Assembly: GCA_030429865.1 (NCBI GenBank)
Contig: JAUIFX010000002.1
Coordinates: forward strand, 1 to 62,903
Reading direction: 5' to 3'
Source of the DNA: Gammaproteobacteria bacterium
Lineage (GTDB): Bacteria; Pseudomonadota; Gammaproteobacteria; Ga0077536
Length of the DNA stretch: 62,903 bases
The position numbers and the translations under genes were made by a program. A model generated the notes under the pieces. It was given only the letters and a program-made list of their open reading frames with translations. It was not told the origin of the DNA and did no database searches. Shown one piece after another: positions 40,119 through 50,264 of the stretch (position 1 is its first letter; each line of letters begins with the position of its first letter).

Positions 40119-41562
40119 CGTCTTCCTCCTCGAGGTGCGGTTCCGCGGCGGGCGGCCCGGCCGGCGTCGCGGAGGTGGAACATGCGGCCGCGCCCGGCGA
40201 CGCCTGTGGCGGTGCAGCGCCGGCGAGTACCGCGGCGCCCGCCAGCGCCTGGTCGATGAAGCGCGCACTCGCGCCGAGGTAGGCGAGCGGGTCGAGCGCG
40301 CGCGCCAGCGCTGCGCCATCGAGATGTTCGCCGACGCTGTCCATGCCGGCGAGCACGTCGCCGAGCGGGCGCTGCTGTTCGCGCGCGCGGCTCACCGCCT
40401 GGCGCACCAGTGCCTGCGCCGCGGCCCGCCCGAGCGCCGGCGCCAGCGCCATGCTCACCGCCTCGCTCATGCCGAGTCCGAGGTCGGCCTCGAGGTGGCG
40501 GCGCATTGCCGCGGTATCGATTTCGAGACCGTCGAGCGCGCGCTCGAGCTGGGCGAGCGCGCCGCCGGCAAGGGTCGCCAGTTCGGCGAGCGCCGGCGCC
40601 TCGGCGTGCCAGGCACCGGCCGCCCTCTCGTGCCAGTGATCGAAACAGGCGTAGACGGTCGCCAAGGCGCCTGGCGCTCGGCGCGCGCAGGCGACCACGG
40701 CAATCGCCGCGACCGGGTTGCGCTTGTGCGGCATGGCCGAGGAGCCGCCGCGGCCGGGAGCGGCGGCTTCGGCGAGTTCACCGATCTCGTTTTGCGCCGC
40801 CAGCACGATGTCGGTTGCGGGCTTGCCAGCGGCGGCGCAGACATCGGCGAACGCCGCGGCGAGTTCGCGTACGATACCGCGCTCGGTGTGCCACGGCGCG
40901 CTCGGCGCGAGGCCGAGGCGCACGGCGAGCAGCTCGGCGACGGCCGCGGCGTCGTCACCGAACGCTGCCAGCGTGCCGCTGGCGCCGCCGCACTGCAGTG
41001 GCAGGCGTGCGTAGAGGGCGTTGAGACGCTCGTGCGCGGCGACGAGCCCGTTGAGCCACCCGGCCACCTTGAGCCCGAACGTCGTCGGCCCGGCCTGCTG
41101 GCCGAGGGTGCGCGCAACCATCGGCGTGGCCCGATGCGCGTCGGCGAGCGCTGCCAGGCCATGCTCGAGCCGGCGCAGGCGCGCATCGAGATGCTCGATG
41201 GCGGTACGCGCGGCGAGCATCAGCGCACTGTCCATCACGTCCTGGCTGGTCGCGCCCCAGTGCACGTAACGCGCCGCGCCCTTGTCGCTCTCGGCCACCG
41301 CCGCGGTGAGCGCGGCGACCAACGGGATGGCCGGGTTACTTGCCGCGACCGTCGCCTCGCGCAGCCGTGCCAGGTCGGGGCGCAGGGTGCCGGCACAGGC
41401 GACAATGGTCTCCGCCGCGGCCTGCGGGATGAGTGCCAGCTCGGCTTGTACCTCGGCCAGTGCGCCCTCGAACGCGAGCATGTGTGCGCAGCTGGCCACG
41501 GCGCCGAAGCAGGCCGCCACGTCCGGCGAGCCGAGGTAGTCGTCGCTCAGGCCATCGGTCAT
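40111..41562 (-). CDS. pcaB: 3-carboxy-cis,cis-muconate cycloisomerase
   Basis: Fumarate-lyase superfamily signature GSSAMPHKRNP and HWGATSQDVMD. Pro/Ala-rich C-terminal tail. Confidence 0.85.
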   Translation of the reverse strand: MTDGLSDDYLGSPDVAACFGAVASCAHMLAFEGALAEVQAELALIPQAAAETIVACAGTLRPDLARLREATVAASNPAIPLVAALTAAVAESDKGAARYVHWGATSQDVMDSALMLAARTAIEHLDARLRRLEHGLAALADAHRATPMVARTLGQQAGPTTFGLKVAGWLNGLVAAHERLNALYARLPLQCGGASGTLAAFGDDAAAVAELLAVRLGLAPSAPWHTERGIVRELAAAFADVCAAAGKPATDIVLAAQNEIGELAEAAAPGRGGSSAMPHKRNPVAAIAVVACARRAPGALATVYACFDHWHERAAGAWHAEAPALAELATLAGGALAQLERALDGLEIDTAAMRRHLEADLGLGMSEAVSMALAPALGRAAAQALVRQAVSRAREQQRPLGDVLAGMDSVGEHLDGAALARALDPLAYLGASARFIDQALAGAAVLAGAAPPQASPGAAACSTSATPAGPPAAEPHLEEEDDG

Positions 41563-41586
41563 CGGGTCCTCCCGTCGCGCGCCCGC

Positions 41587-43284
<1,698 letters not shown>

Positions 43285-43288
<4 letters not shown>

Positions 43289-43989
43289 GGGGGGTTCTCC
43301 CAGGGTGTCTCGGCCGGACCGCGCAGCACGATGTCGAACCGGTAGGCGAGTGCGTGCCCGGGCTCGGTACGCGCGAGGTCGAAATGCGCGACCAGGCGCG
43401 CGCGGGCCGCGGCGTCGGCGATGCCCATGAAGATCGGGTCGAGCGGCAGTAACGGATCGCCCGGGAAATACATCTGGGTGACCAGGCGGCTGCCCCACGC
43501 GGGCCCGAACAAGGAGAAATGAATGTGCCGCGGACGCCAGGCGTTCGCGTGGTTGCCCCACGGGTAGGCGCCGGGCTCTATGGTGTAGAACGCGTAGCGG
43601 CCGTCGGCGTCGGTGAGGCATTGGCCCGCGCCCGTGAAATACGGGTCCAGCGGCGCGTCATGAGCGTCGTTGACGTGGCGATAGCGGCCGGCCGCGTTGG
43701 CCTGCCAGACCTCGACCAGCGCGTGCGCCTCGGGCCGTCCGTACTCGTCGCTGACGCGCCCGTGAACGAGGATGCGCTGGCCCTGGGGGACGCCGCCCGC
43801 TACCTGGCGCGTCATGTCGCTGGCACCGGCGCGCAGGGCTTCGGCGCCGAAACGCGGTCCGCGCGTCTCCGACAGCGTGTGCGGGATGACGACGCGCGGC
43901 TCGCGTGGTGCGCGTTTCTCGCTCGAACGGTAGGCCGGGGCGTCATTGTCCGGGTAGACGCCCGGGGGCACGCGCCGGTAGCTGAACAT
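43285..43989 (-). CDS. pcaH: protocatechuate 3,4-dioxygenase beta subunit
   Basis: VEVWQANAAGRYRH, YPWGNHANAWRPRHIHFSL. The ATG shares one base with the pcaJ stop. Confidence 0.9.
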
Positions 43990-44663
43990 CAGCCCACCTC
44001 GGCACGCAGGCGGCGGCAGTCGGGCGCGAACCGCAGCGGCGCACCGGTCTGCGCGGCGAGCTCGTCCTCGCCGAGACCTTCGAGCAGATCGGTGACGAGG
44101 AAGCCGTCGGCGTCGATCTCGATGACCGCGAGATCGGAATAGACCCGATCGACGCAGGCGAGCCCGGTCAACGGCAGCGAACAACGTTCGACCAGTTTCG
44201 CTGCGCCGTCCTTGGCCACGTGGCTCGAGAGCATCACCCATACGCGCTGCGCGCCGGCGACGAGATCCATCGCGCCGCCCACGGCGGGCGGCTTGCTGCC
44301 ACCGAGCGACCAGTTGGCGATATCGCCATTCGCCGCGACCTGGTAGGCGCCGAGAATCGAGACGTCGATGTGGCCGCCGCGAATCATCGCGAAGGAATCG
44401 GCCTGGTGGAAATAGGCGCCGCCCGGCACGATCGTCACCGGCTGCTTGCCGGCATTGGTGAGGTCCGGGTCGACGGCATCGGGCGCTGGCGCCGGGCCCA
44501 TCCCGAGCAGGCCGTTCTCCGAGTGCAGCACGAACTCGCGTCCCGGCGGCACGTGGTCGGCGACCTTCATCGGCATGCCGATGCCGAGATTGACGTAGGC
44601 GCCGTCGGGCACGTCCTGCGCGACGCGGCGCGCGATGTCGGCGGCAGAGAGTCGTCCCGTCAT
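43989..44663 (-). CDS. pcaJ: 3-oxoadipate CoA-transferase subunit B
   Basis: LHSENGLLG (catalytic Glu motif) and YVNLGIGMP. Confidence 0.9.
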   Translation of the reverse strand: MTGRLSAADIARRVAQDVPDGAYVNLGIGMPMKVADHVPPGREFVLHSENGLLGMGPAPAPDAVDPDLTNAGKQPVTIVPGGAYFHQADSFAMIRGGHIDVSILGAYQVAANGDIANWSLGGSKPPAVGGAMDLVAGAQRVWVMLSSHVAKDGAAKLVERCSLPLTGLACVDRVYSDLAVIEIDADGFLVTDLLEGLGEDELAAQTGAPLRFAPDCRRLRAEVG

Positions 44664-45328
44664 GCCCCCACCTCCACGATGCGATCGACGAAGATGCCGG
44701 GCGTTACCACCACCTCCGGGTCGACCATGTCGACCGTCGTGCGCACTTCGGCGAGCGTGGTACGCGCAGCCGTCGCCATGATCGGGTTGAAGTTGCGCGA
44801 CGTCTTGGCGTAGGTCAGGTTGCCGAAGCGATCGCCCGTGGCGGCGTGGATGAGCGCGACGTCGGCGCGGATGGCGCGCTCCATCACGTAATGACGGCCC
44901 TCGAACTCGCGCGTCTCCTTGCCCTCGGCGAGCGGCGTGCCGTAGCCCGTCGCGGTATAGAACGCCGGCACGCCGGCGCCACCGGCGCGGATGCGCTCGG
45001 CCAGCGTGCCCTGCGGCACCAGCTCGAGCTCGATGCGGCCCGCCTCGTAGAGCTCCTCGAACACCACCGAGCCGCTCGAACGCGGGAACGAGCAGACCAT
45101 GCGCGCCGCGCAGCCGGAGGCGAGCAGCCGCGCAAGACCGTAATCGCCCGAGCCCGCGTTGTTGCTGACGATGGTGAGGCCGCTGAGGCCGCGGTCGCGC
45201 ACCGCGTCGATGAGCCGCTCCGGCACCCCCGCGTCACCGAAACCGCCGATCAGGATCACCGCGCCGTCGCGCAGGTCCTCGCAGTCCGCCACGGCCGCGG
45301 CCGCGCTCGCGTAGCGCTTATCGATCAT
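44660..45328 (-). CDS. pcaI: 3-oxoadipate CoA-transferase subunit A
   Basis: DGAVILIGGFGDAGVPE, ELVPQGTLAERIRAGGAG. Confidence 0.9.
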   Translation of the reverse strand: MIDKRYASAAAAVADCEDLRDGAVILIGGFGDAGVPERLIDAVRDRGLSGLTIVSNNAGSGDYGLARLLASGCAARMVCSFPRSSGSVVFEELYEAGRIELELVPQGTLAERIRAGGAGVPAFYTATGYGTPLAEGKETREFEGRHYVMERAIRADVALIHAATGDRFGNLTYAKTSRNFNPIMATAARTTLAEVRTTVDMVDPEVVVTPGIFVDRIVEVGA

Positions 45329-45358
45329 GCTCCCCAGCTTCCTCCGGCCCAGGGCCGG

Positions 45359-45389
45359 ATTATGCCCGCTTTGAGCACACCGCGTTCAA
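45359..45389 (-). promoter_or_regulatory. candidate sigma70 promoter of the pca operon
   Basis: On the minus strand: TTGAAC, 19-nt spacer, CATAAT, about 30 nt upstream of the pcaI ATG, followed by a GGAGGA SD. The spacer is longer than optimal. Confidence 0.35.
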
Positions 45390-45410
45390 GTCCCTGACAC
45401 GGCACGATCG

Positions 45411-45428
45411 AAAGTGTCAGACACTTTT
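45411..45428. promoter_or_regulatory. palindromic operator-like element, copy 1 (AAAGTGTCAGACACTTTT)
   Basis: 17-bp perfect inverted repeat centred at 45419. Confidence 0.6.
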
Positions 45429-45455
45429 GGGGTGATCCGCCGATCCGACCGAGAG

Positions 45456-45476
45456 CAAAAGTGTCAGACACTTTTG
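45456..45476. promoter_or_regulatory. palindromic operator-like element, copy 2 (CAAAAGTGTCAGACACTTTTG)
   Basis: 21-bp perfect inverted repeat centred at 45466, 47 bp from copy 1. Confidence 0.6.
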
Positions 45477-45502
45477 CGCGGCGCAGCGCGTTCGTAGCGG
45501 GT

Positions 45503-45523
45503 CAAAAGTGTCTGACACTTTTG
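45503..45523. promoter_or_regulatory. palindromic operator-like element, copy 3 (CAAAAGTGTCTGACACTTTTG)
   Basis: 21-bp perfect inverted repeat centred at 45513, 47 bp from copy 2. It is the exact reverse complement of copy 2. Confidence 0.6.
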
Positions 45524-45573
45524 CTTAGTTTTTGCGCAGTTCTCGGCGTGCAGGCGGCGCGCGCCGGTGGCGC

Positions 45574-46605
45574 TCAGCCGTCGAGCAGGGCGAGCGCCGC
45601 GTCGGCGCAGCGCTCCACGCTGCGCTTGAACAGGTCGAGGTCGACGTCTGCGCGCTCGCCCATCGCGCCTTCGAGGTAGCGCTTGTAGACGCCCTGGCGG
45701 ATCGCCGCAATGCGCCAGAACGAGAACGCGCGGTAGTAGTCGATCCGGCTGACGTCGCGTCCGCTGGCGCTGGCATAGGCCTCGAGCAGCGCCTGGCGCG
45801 AGGGGAAGCCGCCGGCCACCGTCGGCATGTGTTCGTCGACGCCTTCGATGGTCTCGTCCGGCCCGACCCAGGAGTTCAGCAGGTAACCGAGGTCGGCCAG
45901 GGCGTCACCGAGCGTGCACAGCTCCCAGTCGAGCACCGCGCGGATGCGCCCGCCGCCGACGATGAAGTTGCCGAGACGGTAGTCCCCGTGGACGATGGCC
46001 GTGCCGACCTGCTGCGGCATGCGCTCGGCGAGCAGCCGCGCACAGGCCTCCATCGCAGGAATCGGGTGCGTGGTGGTCGCCTCCCACTGCCGCGTCCATC
46101 GCTTGAGCTGGCGTGCGATGTAGCCCTCGTGGCGACCGAGCTCGCCGAGGCCGACGCTGGCCGGATCGATCGCGTGCAGGCGCGCGAGCACTTCGACGAC
46201 GTGCTCGCCGAGCGCCGTACGCTCGGGCGGCGGCAGCGTCGCGGCCACATCGCGGTCATGGAGCACGGTACCGGCGACGAAATCCATCACGTAGAACGGC
46301 GCGCCGTTGACCGCGGGGTCCTCGCACAGCCCGCAGGTCGGCGCGACCGGCACCGCGCTGCCGGCCAGCGCACTGATGATGCGATGCTCGCGGGCCATGT
46401 CGTGGGCCGATTCGAGTACGTGGCCGAGGGGCGGACGGCGCAACACCCAGGTGTGCCCCGCGGCATCCTCGCAGGCGTAGGTCAGGTTGGAATGTCCGCC
46501 GGCGATGAGGCGGAAGCTGAGCGGCGCGCGCAAGGCCGGCAGGTGCGCGGCCAGCCAGGCGCCGACGCGGGGTGCGTCGATACCCTGCGGCACGGTTTCG
46601 GTCAT
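45574..46605 (-). CDS. phosphotransferase (APH/choline-kinase-like) family protein
   Basis: IVHGDYRLGN (catalytic loop) and VLDWELC. The N-terminus resembles the kinase-like module associated with ACAD10/11-type proteins. Confidence 0.75.
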   Translation of the reverse strand: MTETVPQGIDAPRVGAWLAAHLPALRAPLSFRLIAGGHSNLTYACEDAAGHTWVLRRPPLGHVLESAHDMAREHRIISALAGSAVPVAPTCGLCEDPAVNGAPFYVMDFVAGTVLHDRDVAATLPPPERTALGEHVVEVLARLHAIDPASVGLGELGRHEGYIARQLKRWTRQWEATTTHPIPAMEACARLLAERMPQQVGTAIVHGDYRLGNFIVGGGRIRAVLDWELCTLGDALADLGYLLNSWVGPDETIEGVDEHMPTVAGGFPSRQALLEAYASASGRDVSRIDYYRAFSFWRIAAIRQGVYKRYLEGAMGERADVDLDLFKRSVERCADAALALLDG

Positions 46606-46741
46606 CAGCAGTCTCCTCGATTCGATCAGGCGCCCCGGCGTGCGGCGAGCGGCAGCATAACGCGCGCGGCGCAGTGCATGCTGCCGGGGTCGGTGCCCGC
46701 GCTGTGTCGGCCGCGCACGCCCGGGCCGGGTGGGCCGCCCG

Positions 46742-47155
46742 TCAGGCGCCGGCGAGGCGCAACAGCGTGCGCCAGGTGGGAGCATCGACCGGCATCACCG
46801 ACAGCCGCGGCTGACGCACCAGGGCGAAGTCGGACAGCCCGGGCTGCGCCTTGATCGTGGCCAGCGACACCGGCTGCGGCAGGCGCGCCAGCGCACGCAC
46901 CGTCACGGCCACGAAGCGGCCGCTCGGATCGGTCGGGTCGGGGTAGCTGGCACGGGTGACCTCGAACGTGCCGACGACACGACGCTCGCGACCGCTGTGG
47001 TAGCACAAGCCCTGGTCACCGACCGCCATCTCGCGCAGGAATCCGGCCGCCTGGTGGTTGCGTACGCCGTCCCAGGTATCGCCGGCCGCGCCACAACCGA
47101 GCAGGTCGTCGAAGGAGAACGTCTCGGGCTCGGTCTTGAGCAGCCAGTAATGCAT
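46742..47155 (-). CDS. EVE (PUA-like) domain protein
   Basis: MHYWLLKTEPETFSFDDL ... WDGVRNHQA. Confidence 0.8.
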   Translation of the reverse strand: MHYWLLKTEPETFSFDDLLGCGAAGDTWDGVRNHQAAGFLREMAVGDQGLCYHSGRERRVVGTFEVTRASYPDPTDPSGRFVAVTVRALARLPQPVSLATIKAQPGLSDFALVRQPRLSVMPVDAPTWRTLLRLAGA

Positions 47156-47403
47156 GTCATGCGACTCCCTGTGCGGGGCTGGCCGGTGTGAGCTCCGCAA
47201 CGCCGTTCACTGCGCAGCCGGGGTGGCCGGGTACGGCGGCCATCGGATGGCATCCGCGTTTATACGCGATGGACCGACGCCGCGGAAGGCAGCCAGCCGC
47301 ATCCGCCGCGGCGCGGCACCCACCGCGACGCGGGCGGCAGCGGCCACCCCGAGTGCAACAGGGCCTAGAATGTCGCGCTTTGCCACCGCACGCGAGAACA
47401 CCC

Positions 47404-48825
47404 ATGCTCATCAACGGCCAATGGCTTGCCGGCGAACGCCGCTTCAGCGTCGCCAACCCCGCCACCGGCGAGATCCTCGGCGAGGTCGCCGACGGCGCCG
47501 GCGCCGAAACCACCGCCGCCATCGACGCGGCCGCGGCCGCCTTTCCGGCCTGGGCGGCATGCAGCGCCTTCGAGCGCGCCGCGGTGCTCGAACGTGCCTA
47601 CGCGCTGATGGTCGAACGCAAGGGCGAGCTGGCGCAGCTGCTGACGCGGGAACAAGGCAAGCCGTTGCGCGCGGCCGCCGTGGAGACGCAGTACGCGGCC
47701 GATTTCCTGTCCTGGTTCGCCGGGCAGGCGAAACGCGTCTACGGCGACATCCTGCCCTCGCCACGTGCCGACCAGCGCTTCCTGGTGCGGCGACAGCCCG
47801 TCGGCGTGGTCGGCGCCATTACGCCGTGGAACTATCCCATCTCGATGCTCACGCGCAAGCTCGGTCCAGCGCTCGCGGCCGGCTGCACGGTGGTGCTGAA
47901 ACCGGCCGAAGCGACACCACTGATCGCAATCGAGGTGTTCAAGCTGCTGCAGGAAGCCGGCGTACCCGACGGCGTCATCAACCTCGTCACCGCGAGCGAC
48001 CCGCGGCCGGTCGGCGAGGTGCTGGTCAGCGATCCGCGCGTGCGCAAGCTGACTTTCACCGGTTCCACGGAAGTCGGCAAACAGCTCGCGGCGGCGGCGG
48101 GCGCCAACATGAAGCGCATCTCGCTCGAACTCGGCGGCCACGCACCGTTCATCGTCTTCCCCGACGCCGACCCCGTGCACGCGGCCAAGGGTGCGGCGGC
48201 GGTCAAGTTCCTCAACATGGGCCAGGCCTGCATCAGCCCGAACCGCCTGTACGTCCATCGTGCGCAGGTCGAGCCGTTCGTCGCCGAACTGGTCGGGCGC
48301 GTCGCGCGGCTGACCGTCGGCAACGGCCTCGCGCAGGGTGTCGCCGTGGGCCCGCTGATCAACGAGGCGGCCATCGCCAAGGTCGACGCCCAGGTGCGCG
48401 ATGCCGTGAACAAGGGCGCCCAGTGCCTGACCGGCGGCGAGCGCCTGCAGGACGGCGACTTCGCCGCCGGCACGTTCTACGCCCCGACCGTACTCAGCGG
48501 CATCACGCACGACATGACCATCTACCGCGAGGAGACCTTCGGCCCGGTCGCCGCCGTGGTGCCCTACGACGACGGCGACGACGTCATCGCAATGGCCAAC
48601 GACACCCGCTACGGGCTCGCTGCGTACGTCTACACCAACGATCTCAAGACGGCGTTGCGCAGCTTCGAGGCGCTCGACTTCGGCATCATCGGCATCAACG
48701 ACATCAACCCGACGGCGGCCGCCGCACCGTTCGGCGGCATCAAGGAATCGGGTATCGGCCGCGAGGGCGGGCGCGAGGGCATCGAGGAGTACCTCGACGT
48801 CAAGCTCGGCGGCATCGCCCTGTAA
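47404..48825 (+). CDS. gabD: NAD(P)-dependent succinate-semialdehyde dehydrogenase
   Basis: Collinear with E. coli GabD: ITPWNYP, KPAEATP, FTGSTEVG, ELGGHAPFIV, GQACISPNR, EETFGP, APFGGIKESGIGREG. Confidence 0.85.
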   Translation: MLINGQWLAGERRFSVANPATGEILGEVADGAGAETTAAIDAAAAAFPAWAACSAFERAAVLERAYALMVERKGELAQLLTREQGKPLRAAAVETQYAADFLSWFAGQAKRVYGDILPSPRADQRFLVRRQPVGVVGAITPWNYPISMLTRKLGPALAAGCTVVLKPAEATPLIAIEVFKLLQEAGVPDGVINLVTASDPRPVGEVLVSDPRVRKLTFTGSTEVGKQLAAAAGANMKRISLELGGHAPFIVFPDADPVHAAKGAAAVKFLNMGQACISPNRLYVHRAQVEPFVAELVGRVARLTVGNGLAQGVAVGPLINEAAIAKVDAQVRDAVNKGAQCLTGGERLQDGDFAAGTFYAPTVLSGITHDMTIYREETFGPVAAVVPYDDGDDVIAMANDTRYGLAAYVYTNDLKTALRSFEALDFGIIGINDINPTAAAAPFGGIKESGIGREGGREGIEEYLDVKLGGIAL

Positions 48826-49014
48826 GCGCAGGCCGCGCGTCGTCCGCTTGCGGCAACGGACGTCCGCCCGGCGCCGGGACCCCGGCAGCCGACCACCCTG
48901 GCACGCGCCTTGCGATACGGTCTCGTGACCAGCCACCGGCGCGGGTGACGGGCCGCGCTTCGTTGCCCGGCTTGCAGCCCCGTGCAAGCCTTACAAGGCC
49001 GGCGTGGCGCGGTT

Positions 49015-50229
49015 TCAGTGCTCGCCACGCGGCAGCAGGAGCACCTGGCACACCAGCGACAGCGACATGAACGAACCCATCAGCAACGCGAGGTTGAGCG
49101 CGCCGTCGTGCGGCACGAGTCCCACCGCGTAACCGCCGACGGCACCGAAGAGCTGCTGCGCGAGACCGGCGCCCGCGGCCGCGGCGCCGGCCAGCGCCGG
49201 CACCAGGCTGACCGTGCCGGCAAGCGTGGACGGCATCATCAACCCGTGCCCGAGACCGAGCAACGCGAGCGGTGCGGCGACCGCGAACGGCGAGCGCACG
49301 CCGAGCAGCGCGAGCGCGAGCACGATGCCGATGCCGCTCAGCGCGGTGACCTGCCCGAGCAGGATCAGGCGTTCGTTGCTGGTGTGGCGTACCAGCCGGC
49401 TGACCAGGAAATTGCCGACGATGTAGAACATCGGCGGAAACATGATGAACCAGCCGATCGTCGCCGGGCCGACGCCGTAACCGGCCAGCACCACCGGCAC
49501 GCCGGCAAGAAAAGCGTAGAACGTGCCGGTGCACATCCCGAGCATCGCGGTGTAGCCGAGGAAGGCGGGCAGCCGCAGCAAGGTCGCGTACGCAGCAAGG
49601 AACTCGGCCAGCCAGTGCCCGCCAGCGGCGCGCCGCGGCGCATCCGCCGGCAGCACCCGGGAGATAGTCGCGAGCAGGGTCACGGCGACGAGCGCGGCGA
49701 GCACGAAGTTTGCGCGCCAGCCGAGGTGCACGTGCAGCTGGCCGCCGACCAGCGTCGCGAGCGGTGGACAGACGCCGAGGATCATGCCGGTGTAGGCCAT
49801 GACACGCGGCCGATCGGCGCCACGAAAGAAGTCCTGCACCATGGCGCGGCCGAGCACCATGCCGGCCGCGGCGCCGGCGCCCTGCACGAACCGCGCGGCA
49901 ACCAGGCCCGCGAGGCTGCCGGCCATCGCGCAGGCGAGCGAGCCGAGCGCGGCGAGGGCGAATCCGGCGACGAGCAGGCGGCGGCGGCCATAGCGATCGG
50001 ACAGGGGGCCGTAGACCAGCTGCGCGCCGCCGAAGGCGACGACGAAGCTCGAGAAGGTCAGTTGCACCTCGGCCTGGCCGGCCGCGAACAACGTCGCCCA
50101 CTGCGGCATGGAGGGCAGGCAGACCGTCATCGAAAGCAGCCCGTAGGCGATCGCGGCAAGCAGGTTGGCGACCAGCCAGCGGCTCGTCGCGGGCGGCTCC
50201 GGGGCAGGGCTGTCGGGCGCGTCGGTCAA
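49015..50229 (-). CDS. MFS transporter, Bcr/CflA-type drug resistance family
   Basis: 12 predicted TM helices and GPLSDRYGRRR (MFS motif A). Confidence 0.85.
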   Translation of the reverse strand: MTDAPDSPAPEPPATSRWLVANLLAAIAYGLLSMTVCLPSMPQWATLFAAGQAEVQLTFSSFVVAFGGAQLVYGPLSDRYGRRRLLVAGFALAALGSLACAMAGSLAGLVAARFVQGAGAAAGMVLGRAMVQDFFRGADRPRVMAYTGMILGVCPPLATLVGGQLHVHLGWRANFVLAALVAVTLLATISRVLPADAPRRAAGGHWLAEFLAAYATLLRLPAFLGYTAMLGMCTGTFYAFLAGVPVVLAGYGVGPATIGWFIMFPPMFYIVGNFLVSRLVRHTSNERLILLGQVTALSGIGIVLALALLGVRSPFAVAAPLALLGLGHGLMMPSTLAGTVSLVPALAGAAAAGAGLAQQLFGAVGGYAVGLVPHDGALNLALLMGSFMSLSLVCQVLLLPRGEH

Positions 50230-50264
50230 CGGCGTGGCGGCGGGGCGGGCAGGCGTGGACGCGC

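Noticed and set aside
45411-45523. Three regularly spaced repeats considered as a mini CRISPR array
   Set aside because: There are only three copies. The repeats are short (17-21 bp), perfectly palindromic and AT-rich. The spacers are 26-28 bp. No cas genes are present, and the location is a promoter leader. An operator array is the better explanation.
45461-45679. 72-aa plus-strand ORF spanning the palindromes
   Set aside because: It starts inside palindrome copy 2 and runs antisense into the 3' end of the phosphotransferase gene. It has no SD and no motifs.
48969-48990. Hairpin ggcttgca-gccccg-tgcaagcc between gabD and the MFS gene as an intrinsic terminator
   Set aside because: It has a perfect 8-bp stem but no adjacent U-tract on either strand, and it is not close to gabD's stop. 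It is left as an unassigned structure.
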